DNA of 64,000 nucleotides, taken from positions 115,741,730-115,805,729 of the forward strand of contig JARFYF010000001.1 of NCBI GenBank assembly GCA_030265395.1, given 5' to 3'. The translations under genes and the position numbers were made by a program. Below the pieces are notes generated by a model that saw nothing but the letters and a program-made list of their open reading frames with translations, was not told the origin of the DNA and did not search any database. Of the stretch, positions 49,464 through 62,695 are shown in pieces. Every line of letters starts with the position of its first letter. The stretch's first letter is position 1. Source of the DNA: Rhina ancylostomus (Eukaryota).

Positions 49464-49592
49464 CTCCGGGTGCTCCGGTTTCCTCCCACATTCCAAAGAC
49501 GTACGGGTAGGTTAATTTGGGGGTTTAAAATGGGCAGTGTAGACTCATTGGGCTGGAAGAGCCTGTTACCATGCTGCAAATAAAAAAAAAAT
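49464..49592 (+). mobile_element. Second V-SINE copy (3' half) after the gap
   Basis: Same core and tail as 49246-49343 with several substitutions; A-rich tail. Confidence 0.75.
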
Positions 49593-50389
49593 TTAGTAGA
49601 AAAACTATATCACAATTTTCCATTATGTGAAACAGTGTTATCTGCACAGGTATCAAGAAGTGCAGGTTGAAAACCCAGCATTTAAGTTGATTTATTATTT
49701 TTCCTTTCACTGATTCCACGAGAGTAAAATTTTATTTCATATCAAATTTTTGGGTAGTGATTTGTGAATATGGCAAGGGCGAATTTCTGTAACTTAAATG
49801 GCCGTAACAAGGGGGTCGCCTGTATTCCTTGTTGATAATTGCCAATTCTGACTATCACTGTATATACTGACAGCTTCCACTGTGTCAAAACCACATATTG
49901 GTGAGGATTCAATTTTTGTCAAGGATTCATGTTATGGAAAGTTGAGATACGGACAGTTTTCTAGGAATGCCATCCCTCCGTAATGCAGAGATGTACTATA
50001 ATGATTTTTGCATCAGTCATCTTCCTACAGATTGCCAAGTTAATCATTCATCAAAACTTAGGTCAAACTCCACTCAACATGGCTGGAGTATTCGCTTTCC
50101 TCATTAGAAACAAAGTTGTTGTTTCTAAAGCAATTACTAATGCAATATTGCATAAAAAGGTACAAGTTGGAGGCACCTTTTCCAAATTTTGTTCACCTCC
50201 CCCATGCATTAGCTTGGGAAGCTTTTGCACTTTCCAAACAAAGAATCTTGGCTTTTGTTAACAAAAGGAACTTCACCTTGTCTAAACCAATCTGGTCAGT
50301 GCACAAGATCCTCTTCATTTTTCAACCATCCTGTGTACCCTTGGCTGCATTTACACCCATGAACACACTGGCCCAACTGAAGCCTCAAC

Positions 50390-50700
50390 TCTCACACAAC
50401 CAGATTCAAGAACAGCTACTTTCCTTCAACCATTCAGTTCTTGAACTAATCTGCAAGACACTAATCACTACAGTTCAGTAACACTATGATTACTTTGATC
50501 ACTGTGCACTAAAATGGACTTTGTTCTTTTTGTTCTAATTGTGCTTTCTTGTAAAAATTGTGTACAATTTATGTTCATGTTTTTTTCTTGTGAATGCTGC
50601 TTATATGATGCAATGTGCCTGTGATGCTGCTGCAAGTAAGTTTTTCCTTGTACCTATGCATGCATGTACTTGTGCACGTGACAAATAAACTCTACTTTGA
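50390..50700 (+). mobile_element. Rex1-like LINE 3' fragment
   Basis: acaaccagattcaagaacagctactttcc (TTRFKNSYFP) and a tail ending gtgacaaataaac, paralleling 930-1335. Confidence 0.55.
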
Positions 50701-53700
50701 ATCCAATCAACTCCAGAAATGGAGCATACGAAAGTCTTGCAATCATTGTTCAATGTAAACAAGGGCCAATGAAAACACCCAGATGATTCTGGGGATTGGT
50801 TATACAACTTCTATCATCACAAGTAGGCCACAGATGATCAGTTGGTTGCAGAGCCATTCATAAAATAACTTAAAAAAAGATACCCTTCAGAAAGCTTTAT
50901 GCCATACTGCCAATCCAATCATGCAGTGAATAGCCATAGTCCAGGCTTCTGAACAAATCTGGGACTTTGATCATGACTGTCATATTAAGGTAAAGCTTAT
51001 TTATGCTGTGAATGGACCCTCGCTCCTCCACCTATGCTCAGAGTCTGGCCTCAAATTGTGGTAGACCATTTGACTCTAGCAGGCAATCCATTAAATAAGT
51101 ATTAGAACCCTACTATATTCACTATTGATAGGAGATGGTTCAGAATAATTGCAGGCTTTGGACCGTGGAGCAGGTAAAAATGCATTAAATTATTGATAAG
51201 TGACCTCAGTATTGCTCAAGACACAGCCTACTCAAGCCACGCGCCAGGATATTATTCCAACTGGCAGAGGCGATCAGTACAACACAACCCTATAATGGGA
51301 TCCAGGCACAACATCATGGTTCAAAACAAGAGTTTGGCAGTGACGACATTGAAAGACCTGCAATTGCTGCCCTGCTGCCTGGAGGCTAACAACAGATAAT
51401 GAAGAGGGTTTCAAATTCCTGCTACATATGACTCATCCTTGTAAATCAAATTAGGGGAGTTCCAGCCACCAATTAGGAAGGCAAATGGAAAATTGTCTCT
51501 TACTGCAAGGGGGACGGAAAGTCCTATTATAACTCTACAGGACATTGGTGTATGTCAATTAAGTTTTGGTCTCTTTCTCATTATACTGCATCACAGGTAG
51601 TTCAAAAGGTGATTCATTAGGTTAATTCTCAAAATGAAGGTGTGAAAGTTAGGCCTAATCTGCAATTTCACTTAACATTTAGGATGCATTCAGTGCTTAA
51701 ACAAAAAAAATGGTCATCATTATAGCATAGCATTGCTGTGCCAGAAACCTGGTGTGAAATCCCCACCCTCTGTTGCTCAACACAGTTGTTCTGTTAATCA
51801 GACACAGTTCAAGAAGCAAATTGCCCTGAGGCTTGGTGTGGAGAATACTGCCAGTGAGGCCTGGGATGGGCAGCAGAGCCACTGAGCACCAAGATGTGAT
51901 GGAAGCCGCTTCTCCCTCTCTTTGTATAAGTGTGCATCTCTCCCCAAACTAGAGATTTCTCTATACAAGCACTTCTAGCTTAGAGAGAGCTGTGCAGTCT
52001 AAGAAGATAGCTGGAATCTTACACGAGGTTAAGATTTACAATTAGACAGAGTTCACAATTAGAAGGGTTAAGAATTACTCATCTTACTGAAACAGCATAT
52101 ACAGAGAAGGAAATGCAAATAATCAGGCAAAACTACAGCACTAGAGCGAAAGACATTTCTATATATGTCAGGCAGACCTGCGAGCTCAAGGAATCAGAAG
52201 AGGGAAAGGCTCAGTGTTATTGTGAGAGTCACCCAATTTCCTTAACCAAAGCCACAATTCTACTGTGAAAGTGAACAAGGTGTTTGGATGCATTATGAGG
52301 ATAATTAAATGTAAACCAAAGAAAAACTCTCTGGACCTGTACAAGAGAGGATCAGGTAAAATCTTGAAAAAGAGTTTGACAAAGGCTCTGAATCCAAAAG
52401 ATCAAATCTATCCTTCCTTTCAGCCTGTATATACTGCCTGACCTGCTTAGTATTCCCAACATTTTTAGTTTTTAAAATCTAAAATGCTGTATCTCATTTC
52501 ATCTCATCATCTTGGATGGTATAAAATCCCTTAAAAAAAGGCCAAAAATGCGTTATTTAAAGGACCAGTTACCATGCTTAAAAAGGTTTAAAACTCCAAA
52601 CAATAGGAAAGTATACTCAGAACAAACTAGAGCTTCAAGAGATCAGAATAAACAAAGTCAGCCCAAATAAACTATTTGAGCTAGATATGTTCAGGAAAAC
52701 TAGACAACCAAGTTAATCAAGCTTGGAAATGGGTTTTATTCCATGAGGTACTTCATAGATTTGTTAACCTCTGAAATAATATTAGCAGATGCAGCAAGTT
52801 CAAATAAATACAAATATTTAAACGGTGTTCCAATTCCAGAGAGCAACTAACAAATCTGTATACTGAAGTAGTGGGTCATCTGTTGGCTGTGACTCAAATC
52901 TGTCTGGTCACTTTCAATAACCCAAAAGAAATTTCTCAAGAAATATTTTCTTAATTTACCCTAAATGTCTGCTTCTCCCAGGAGAACAAATGGCTGTAGA
53001 GGAGAGTGGTGGTGTGTGAATAATACATTATTTGAGAATGTGTACAATCCACAAAATACACTTGCAGTTACTTGCTTGGATTATTCCAAAAGTACTTCTC
53101 AAACACATGACCTCTATTCCGATAGGCAGCAGGTGCACTGGAACACCACCTGCAGATTCCCTTCCAAGCTGCACACAATTCTGAACTGGAAATGCATTGC
53201 CATCCCTCCATCATCACTGGGACTACTATCTGGAACCCCAAACCTATTCAGAGGGTGGGTGCATTTTCACCAGAAGTGCTGCATCAAGGCGGCAGCTCCC
53301 CTTCTCCAAATCAATTGAAAGCAGGAAATAAAATGCTGACCTTGCTGGTGATGCACATATTTCATTTTTAAAAAATGCACCACCTCTTCTTAGTGCTATT
53401 TCAATTGATATGGGGTTGTTAGAATTCACATGAGCTAAGCCAGTATTGAGTTCTGAATGTTTGAAGAAACAAATGTGGAGTTGCAAGAACCTTGCTAACT
53501 TCCCAAAATATGACTAGTTTCCTCAATGCATCCTGATCCTATATCACAATTGCTCCGCATAAATTAAAATGAACAGCCCAAGGCTGAGGCATTGTCTTAT
53601 ATGTCAATGCATCTATAAAATGGTTGAACAGGCTAGAAAAGGTATGGAACATTTTGGAAGTATAGACACTGTGGCTGGCTAATAGAGAAGTTTCAAGAGC

Positions 53701-54480
53701 TCTCCAGTGCCTTTCCAGGCAATGTTATGAAGTCTGCAATATTACAGCTTTATGGATTTGGGCTATCTCGTAATATACAGTAAAGTAAGACCTGCTCCAC
53801 CTCAGGCTAATTCAGAATCTTATCAATTCAGCCTAAATTTTTATTTAAATATACTTCATTCCACAACAGCTACATTTAGTATCCATAATTATAGCTTTGA
53901 TGGAATGATGTTAAATTTCTACACGAACACACAAATTAGGCGCAGAAGCAAACCATTCACCTTCGCAAGTCTTCTCTGCCATTCACTATCATAGCTTCAA
54001 CTTCACATTCCCATCGACCCTCACTTGCCCATAAGAATCTTTCTACTTCAGTCATTAAAAACATTCAGTGTCCACAACGTTATGAGGAAGAGAATTTCAA
54101 AGACTGGTGACTCTCAGAAGAAGGTTTCACTGCATCATATTTGTAAACTGTCCCACCCCTGAGCCCCACCCCTCACCCCAAANNNNNNNNNNNNGGAGAA
54201 ATATCCTCTCTATATCCATTCTCAAGACCCAACACAATCTTGTAGCTTTCAATCAAATTTCCTCACCTCTTTCCAGGTGAACCCACCCATTCTAGGTATC
54301 AGTCTTCTCAAAGTAAATAACTTCACTGCCTCACTATCCTCCATAAGGGAGTTTTACAGGCTTCTCGAAGGGCTGGAGAATGCATAGTATTTTGTATATA
54401 AAGAATTACATGCACTGGATAAATTACTTTAACACAGGACTTTTTTTCTTTTTACAGCATTCAAAATACATCAAACTTAC

Positions 54481-54556
54481 CTGTGGTTGTTTGACAGCCG
54501 ACAACTCATCGTCTCACTTTTTTCTGAGAAACTTGAAGTTACAAGGAATGTAGCCC
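54481..54556 (-). CDS. ZFYVE21: ZFYVE21 coding exon (GATFLVTSSFSEKSETMSCRLSNNHR)
   Basis: Acceptor ttctaag, donor AG|gtaagt, 76 nt, phase 1-2. Confidence 0.93.
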
Positions 54557-55602
54557 CTTAGAAACAAACAGTAAAGTGTGTGAATTGTGGTACATAGCCA
54601 GAGGTACCCAATAAATAGTCCTTAAAAAGTTGGAGCTTATCTAGACAAATGCAAGTGAATTTTTTTTAGTAGCAAGTCTTAATTACTACAAAAACAAATT
54701 CTCTGAAAATTGAAAAACTCTTACAAGCCTGAAGTCCCATTCCAATTTTATTTTTATTCCTTTGGGAGATTTTTTTTGTAAGTTTTCTTCTGTCCATAAG
54801 AGGGTTAATTCAATGACAAATCAACTTGCACATTCCTGACTCAGTCTCACTAATGGCTTTTCTTCCTCCCTGATAGGTTAATATTAAATTTTGTATGGCC
54901 TGTTCTCAGGGACTCCAGATTCCCAGATGAGGGATTCACATGGTTTTGGATTTCTAATCAAGCTTCACTGCAAAAACTATACAAAGTCTGCGTAAATACA
55001 ACGATTGACTGATGTCATTCATTCACCATTAAATACTGAATATAGGCCAATGTTCTTGCAATATCTCCAATTGTTGAAGTTAAAAATGGATTTAAACTGC
55101 TAATTGTTGATAAATATCTAATGCACCATAATTACATTATATAAAAATAATAATAGCATCCCTATGTTTACAATAACTTCATTCAGGGAATAGCTGCGCC
55201 ATTCACTGAATTCATGCTGAGTATGCCAAGGTAAAAGTGCTTTTAGATTCTGGATTAAAATGTAGCAAGTGAAACTGTCCCTTTACTTCTGACATCTATG
55301 CCGTGACTTTTACTCTATTTGTGCACATGCTGACATCAGGCCAGAACATTGGCTGTGTGGTATCCCAACATTCACAGTAATACAAATAATATCTAAATAG
55401 TTCACACAGGCATTGATTAGTACGAGCCTAAAAAAAACACATAAAACTTAAGATAGAGCTATTATGCTTCAGGTTATTTGAAACATATATTTTAAACATT
55501 TCAGCCTTACTGGCTCATTCATTCCTGTATTTCAACACTCATTCCCAGAGGTTAACAGCCAGAGTCATACCAACTCCACACATAAATTGCATAGTACATT
55601 TA

Positions 55603-55836
<234 letters not shown>

Positions 55837-56369
55837 TCAATTTCAAAATAGTTTAAAATATCAAAAAATCAAAATGGTGTTAGAACTCAAACTTCATTTA
55901 ACATGATATTGAAAATTTAAAAATGGAAATATATTCTTGATTGAACAGAATATACCAGTTCCAAACAATACTTTATAAACTTCAAGTATCTATTTGCTCC
56001 ATTTTAGGGGATGGGAAGATTGCATTCCCTGTGAAACTAGCAGTAGGAAAAAGCTATATTAATTTGTTTAATCACCCAACATACAATAGGAATTGTAGCT
56101 GCTTTCATTCAACAGCGTACAAAAAGGGGGTAGTTGACTATTACTATACCTGATTTAAAAATGAAACACTGAGCTCTGTGTAAAAATAGCACTAAGATGA
56201 TCCCCATCATAATTCCATGGGATAGAGCACCAGCTGAAGTACAGGTGACTGGACTATAGAAACTGATTTACATCAAATCTTTGGAAGTGCCACTTTATGT
56301 GCCCGATTCAATTCTTAAATGTTATCTGCAGACAATGCCAAGTTTCAAGCAAATACCCAAAATATTTAA

Positions 56370-56593
56370 GACAAGAGTGACTACAGATGCTGGAAATCTG
56401 GAGAAACACAGAAAGTGCTGGAGGAACTCAGCAGGTCAGGCAGCATCTATGGAGGGAAATGAACGGTTGATGTTTTGGGCCAAGACTCTTCATCAGGACT
56501 GAGACACAGTCTCAGCCCTAAATGATGACTCTTCATTTCCCTCCATAGATGCTGCTTGACCCAGAGCTCTTCCAGCATTTTATATGTGCTGCA
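56370..56593. mobile_element. Palindromic PLE-derived element with a 12-bp TSD
   Basis: Perfect 24-bp inverted repeat at 56440-56463 and 56532-56555; flanking CAAAATATTTAA at 56358-56369 and 56594-56605. Confidence 0.8.
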
Positions 56594-57159
56594 CAAAATA
56601 TTTAAACTTATTTATTGTATTTACAAACATGGGACCTGGCAATGCACAGAAAATTAAGACAGAAATTTGAGATTCATTTTGGAATTCCTCCAGAGAGAGA
56701 GAATTTGGAATGTGGATATGCTGACTGGAAACCACATATTCTATTTCTCCTTTTCATCTGTCCCCATTAACCAGTTTCATAACATCAGGTCTGATTGAGG
56801 ACTAGATGGACAGATAACATGCAACTCTGATATTAATGAAGCCAAGTACAATTAAATAGATAGTAATCATTTACATACCCTCAAACAAACTGTTATAACA
56901 GTTGCCCTTACATATTAAGTTACATACCAGAATGCTAACGTGATACTAACATGCAGAAATAGTGTACAAATATCACATCAGTGAGTGCTAGAAGCACATA
57001 AAAGAAATACCAACTGTGAAAAATGCAACATCTAATCCCATTGCAGCAATTTAAATTTACTGTTTTCTTGGGTAGAGCATTTTCCTTTTGTTTTGCCAGT
57101 GGAAGCCAGCAAATAAAGACAAAAAAAAACAAACTGGGAAGAAATACAAAATCTCTTAC

Positions 57160-57210
57160 TTTCCTGGTTAGAAAGTCAAATTTTGCATCGCACTGCATAC
57201 ATCTGGGGCA
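57160..57210 (-). CDS. ZFYVE21: ZFYVE21 coding exon (CPRCMQCDAKFDFLTRK)
   Basis: Minus-strand acceptor ttcccag, donor AAA|gtaaga, 51 nt, phase 0-0. Confidence 0.94.
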
Positions 57211-57889
57211 CTGGGAATAGAAATACAGATGACATCAGCAACAAGTTTTATGTCAAAAGTTAATTATCAATGTAGTTTTATATCTGACTGGAGCTTCTGG
57301 AAATTTTATATTGTACAGCATTTAACTTATAAGCAACCGTCTTCTACAGACAGTAACCTTAATTGAAACACTAGCAAATCTTGTTGCTGTGCTCACAGTA
57401 AAGCAAAAAGCATGCAAGAATGGGAACATTTTGTCCTACAAAATATGCAGATCCAGAACAGAGCATCAAATAGCACACCCATTGATCTGCTATTGCTCTG
57501 CTTGTCATACCAAATGATCAATATAATCCTGTAACTACAACAGTCTTCCAATCGACTACACTACCAATCTTCACGTCACTGCAAATTTACTAATCATACT
57601 TCCTATACTCACATACTATGTTAATACGTCTTTCCCTGTTGGTGATATTTTTGTGCCTCCTCTTTTACCCTCCTAACCAATCCCCCCACCATACTTGCAA
57701 TACTTTTGAAGGACCTTCCCCTATTTTCAGTTCTCTATACCTGCCAAATTTAATTTCCAAAATTTTATGGCAGAAACAAAACACAATGAACAATAAAGTT
57801 GGTCAACTGAATTAAAATAGATAAGGACAAGGATTGTGAAAGATAGGAAGAGAGAACAAGAGCAAAATTAAAAAAACAATTTTTGAATC

Positions 57890-58720
57890 ATAGGATCATA
57901 CCCTTCAACCCACCATCCAGCACATATCTAGACTTATCCCATTTACTAGTACTTGGGAAGTAGACTTGGCAATTCCAGTGCTTTATCTAGATAGTTTTCA
58001 AATGTTGTGAGATTACCTGCCTCCACAACCCACTCTGGTAGTGCATTCCAAAATCCAACCACCCTTCTAAACGTCTAATCCCAAGTCTATGCCCTCTAGG
58101 TTTACAGACCTCTGCTACGGGAAAAGGTTTCCTACCATCTACATCCCTCAAATTTTGTGTACCTCAGGCACAGAAGGGCCTCAACCTCCCGGGTAACAAA
58201 CTTAGCCCATCCAGTATCTTTACACAGGTGACACAGCTGGTGAATTTCCTCTGCACCCTGGCAGCATCCTGGTGAATTTCCTCTGCACCCTCTCCAATGA
58301 AACCACACCCTTCCGATATTGTGACAACCAGAATTGTACACAATATTCCAATGTGACCTAACCAATGTTTCAAAATTGTACCATAACTTCCCTGCTCTTA
58401 TATTTTATGCCGAGGCTAATGAAGGCATGGAACCTACATGCCTTCATCACCTCATCTACCTGTGCTGCCATCTTCAGGGATCCTTAGACTTGTACAGAGG
58501 TCCATCTGTTCCTCAATACTTGAAAGCCCCACCTTTTGTGCATGTCCTACCCTTATTAGTCCTCCAAAAGTGCATCAATCATACACATCAGGATTGATTT
58601 CCATCTGCCATTGCTCTGCTTATCTGATGAATATTATTCTGTACCAATGGCTATCCTATCAACACCTTCAATCTTCATGCCATCTGCAAACCTAATTAAT
58701 ACCTCCTACATTCATATACA
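57890..58720 (-). mobile_element. Degenerate CR1-like LINE 3' fragment
   Basis: LVRSHWNIVYNSGCH remnant of LVRPHLEYCVQFW; CR1 tail near 57890. Confidence 0.7.
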
Positions 58721-59179
58721 ATGTTAATGCATCTTGTCAGATCAGTGTTATTTCATGATCCCTATTTGCCTTGTACCACCTCTGCTACACTTTCTATACT
58801 CTTGAAGGGCCTTCCCATTTTCAGTTCTCTCTACCTGTCATAAGTTTATCCACTTATCCAACCCTCTCTATCCTTTGATATCAAAGGTTCCTTGCTTGGA
58901 CTGGGTGCCTGTACTTTTTGCCCTCCATAGGAGGGAAATAAAATCTAAGAATTAAGGAGCAACACACAAAATGCTGGAGGAACTCAGTGGGTAAGGAATT
59001 AAACTTTTACACACTACTTGTTCAAATTTACACTGGCTGTCATTAACAACAAGTTACAAAAAAGATACTTGCACTATTACAAGGTGAAATTTTGCTCCCA
59101 GATTAATGGCCAAATGTAGTAACTTCTTGAGTCTTGCCATGACAGGAGCTTAGGAGAGCCAGTCTGCTTCAGTTGGTAT

Positions 59180-61280
59180 TGCCTAGAAATAACATGAATA
59201 ACATGACGTGTAGACTGAATCCCTCTATTACACTAGGTCAGCTCCAATGCTGCATGTGATTGCCTGGGAGAGTTCACTAACAGTTTGCTTATCCTGCTAG
59301 TGGTTTGATGATTTTATGCGCAGCCTGGTGACATCTGTCCATTACCATGAGATGCCTGATTCAGGTGGGCCATGTTTCAGAAGCATTGGGATCCTTACTG
59401 TTCAGGAGACAATGACCTTGTGCTGGATTTGACATCCCAACTTTCAAACAGATTTCACATGACCAATGACTGTGCTGGCACACTGAATACAAATGGTGAC
59501 TTTCACTAATGTCTGCCTTACTCTCAAGAAATTGGAAGCAATGCATACTTGAGAGCCTTGGTGCAGTCCTTTAACATTAAAGAGCAGTGTTGCGTAGCAG
59601 AGGGCAGAATGGTAGAGGAGCTTTGATTTGTGGAAGTGCAAAGCTCACTGGAGGCAAGTTGTTTTGTAGATATTCAGTGCAAAGCCCATCTTCTCATGCA
59701 ACTTGGAGCTCTGTCTCTGAATATGTGCAAATGCAAGTGTCGTCTATGTACCACTTCTGAACTACTGAGGTTGGGGGTAATAGATTCCATAGTGGAGATT
59801 ACACAGATTGAACATTCTCCCATGAGCCCTGTAGATTAGCTCCACTGTAGCAGGAAACTTGGAGGAGAGATACAGCATTGTGGCAACAAAAAGATTAAAG
59901 AAAGTAATGTTACAGCCTTGACCGCACTGAAATTGGATCTGCTGTGGACTCGTTTGTAGAATCGTGGCTTGCAAGCCACCATGAAACAAATAAAAGTTTG
60001 TGCAGGCAGCCAAATCAGAGGAGCATTGGGTCATAGATTTAGTTGGGCTGGGAAAAAAAAGCTATGTACTGTGGTTGGTACCGATTTTTCAGAATGGTGA
60101 CAATCACATCCACTATGCCTCTAGGTGGATGGAATTCACACTGCAATTCAGCAAGCTACTCTTCAGTCACTGGGAGGAGGCAGTCTAGAACTCTGGTGAT
60201 GACTTTTCCTATGGTAGACAGCAGAGAACTCTCCAAGTAGTCAGCACAGTCGGGTAGTGTTTTCCAGAAACTCCTTTGCCCAGACCATAATGTAGCATTA
60301 AAACAAAAGCTACAAACTTGACAAAAATCTCTACAGCCAATTTTAATAACTTCAATTCCTGCAAGCTTTGTTTTCATTTGATGACAGTTCTTTCAACTGT
60401 CAATTAGGGGCAGCAGCAAGACTGAAACAGATCATATGCTGTGCGATGAGATCATGTGCATTCACAAAATTCCAGTTGAGGAAATCTTTGAAGTGCTTCT
60501 TCAGGTGGATTCTGGATTGCCTCTTTGTCCTTGGTAGATTCACTTCTACTCTTGGCTCTAGATGGGGTGGGGTCTGAGGTGTTTGAGGCACAGATGGCCT
60601 TCTTAACACTAATGAATGTATGTCATAGTTATCAGCGAATTGCTGGTCTTCCTGCACTCCTTCTGTTTTTAGTTTTTTAGGTCATGGGGTTTCTGTTGAA
60701 CCTTGCCCTTCAGAAAGCTGTAAGAGAGCTTTCCTTTCCCTAGAGGCACTGTGGAGCTTCCAATCCAGGAAGGCGCCAAGTTTGAAGTTATTTAGCTCCT
60801 AGATTTCTTGGTTGTTCTCAAACTAGTCCTGGTTCTTTCTGGTGAANNNNNNNNNNNNNNNNNNNNNNNNNNNNNNNNNNNNNNNNNNNNNNNNNNNNNN
60901 NNNNNNNNNNNNNNNNNNNNNNNNNNNNNNNNNNNNNNNNNNNNNNNNNNNNNNNNNNNNNNNNNNNNNNNNNNNNNNNNNNNCACAGTCACTGGTGCCT
61001 GTCACAACATGGGTGATGCAGATATTTCTTGCAGTATATTGCTGATAATATAATCTGTCTGGTGCTTAAATTGGGAACATTATTGTAATGTTGTGCTTGT
61101 CTCTAGTAAAATGACATTGATTATGACATAATAGTGCTCCAAGCACTTTGTCGGAATAGAGAACCCCCACTGGAGTTAGCTTTCCCTACACCCTTCTCGC
61201 TGATCATACTTTGCCTGTGAGTTGTCTCTTTTCCAATCCTGGTGTGGACGTTGTCCAGCCATCAAGAGCATAGCAACAAA
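59180..61280 (-). mobile_element. RTE-clade LINE remnant (APE endonuclease plus RT), heavily decayed
   Basis: YLESSLLSTIGKVITRVL...LLPVTEE resembles RTE YRGISLLSxxGKxxARVLLNRL; an APE-like GVGKANSSGV segment lies near 61160-61195. Confidence 0.65.
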
Positions 61281-61499
61281 TCAACAGCTGGGAAATACAA
61301 CAAATTCTGGTTCCAGTCAAGTGGGTCTGGAATTTTAATCATAGCCATATAATTGACGACATATTTGACTTGACACTAGCAAGCAAATTTTAAAACAAGC
61401 TGGAGCAGGTCATCTTGCTCCACTATACATGAAGGTCATGGCTGATCATCTACTACAGCAATTTCCTGCACTATCCCCATACACAAACCTACTCGAGTT

Positions 61500-61860
61500 T
61501 ATTTTTGAGTATGTAACTGTCAGAATGTACGAGGGAGAACCGGAGGATGTTGTGCATTTGGATTTTCAGAAGGTATAAGATAAAGTCCCAGAGAAGAGAT
61601 TAGTATGCAAAATTTAAACAGGGCAGAGGGGGACTGAAGGTAACATACCAGCATGGATTGAAAATTGGTTGACAGATAGGAAATAGTAGGAATAGGTCAC
61701 TGACAGAGATGCAGATGAAAATTAGCAGTAGGTTTTTGATATTAAGTGAATCAAGGGATATGATTTAATACAAGGTTGGAGGCAATAGGTTAACCATGAC
61801 CTTATTGAACAGCCGAGCAGACACGAGGGGCTAAGTGGCCTACTGCCGCTTCTGTTTCTT
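61500..61860 (+). mobile_element. CR1-like LINE fragment with an internal deletion
   Basis: ttggattttcagaaggtataagataaagtccca (LDFQKxxDKVP), gcatggattgaaaattggttg (AWIENWL), CR1 tail. Confidence 0.6.
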
Positions 61861-62441
61861 ACATCCCATAGCCAATTTGCCAGTCAAAATTGAAAACAAT
61901 GAGGTCCAGCGTTGCAACCCAGAACTGAACTGAACTGAAATTTATGAAAATAAAAATCAAAACAATCACATCAAGTAACAAACTGTTTTTATTTAACAGA
62001 AAACCAAAATGACCAGTTTATTTGGCACAGGGAGTGGGGTAGGATGGAAAGGAACAGCTTTCCTGCAAAACAAAAACTGTAGTAAACTCAGTTTGTGCCT
62101 ACTGTCAAGCACGTTAAGGGCATAATTTCTTGTATCCTGTTATCACAATAGCAACATTTAGGTTTTTCACATCCCCTTCCCAGTGGTGCTGCCACATTCC
62201 CATACTCGTAGTTCTACTTCTATACCGCTCTCAGTTATTCCATTATTGTCACTTTAGCATTCCTTTTTGCACTACAATCTTTGCACCATTATGTTTCGCA
62301 CTCGTCGTTGTGTTTATTATTACCGTGTATACCGTCTGCTCTGTGAGCTTCATGCGAGCAAGGAATTTCATTACACACTGGTATATATGACAATAAACTA
62401 ATCTGATCTTTTCATTAGGCTCCAATTACTGATACAGAAGC

Positions 62442-62695
62442 AGGCACAGTAATGTAATGGTTAGCATAATGCTATTACAGCACCAGCAACCTGGGTTCAA
62501 TTCCTGCCGCTGTCTATAAGGAGTTTCTACGTTCTCCCCGTGACTGCACGGGTTTCCTCCGGGTGTTCCGGTTTCCTCCCACGTTCCAAAGATGTACGGG
62601 TTAGGAAGTTGTGGACATGCTATGTTGATGCCAGAAGCATGGCAACACTTGCAGGCTGCCCCTAGAACACACTACACAAAACATCATTTCACTGT
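62442..62695 (+). mobile_element. tRNA-derived V-SINE, with a different tail from the 49132 copy
   Basis: ggcacagtaatgtaatggttagc...ctgggttcaattcc head and core ggtttcctccgggtgttccggtttcctcccacgttccaaaga. Confidence 0.8.

Noticed and set aside
58237-58291. 23-bp direct repeat ctggtgaatttcctctgcaccct with a 9-bp spacer
   Set aside because: Two copies within a dead CR1; a local duplication, not a CRISPR-like array.
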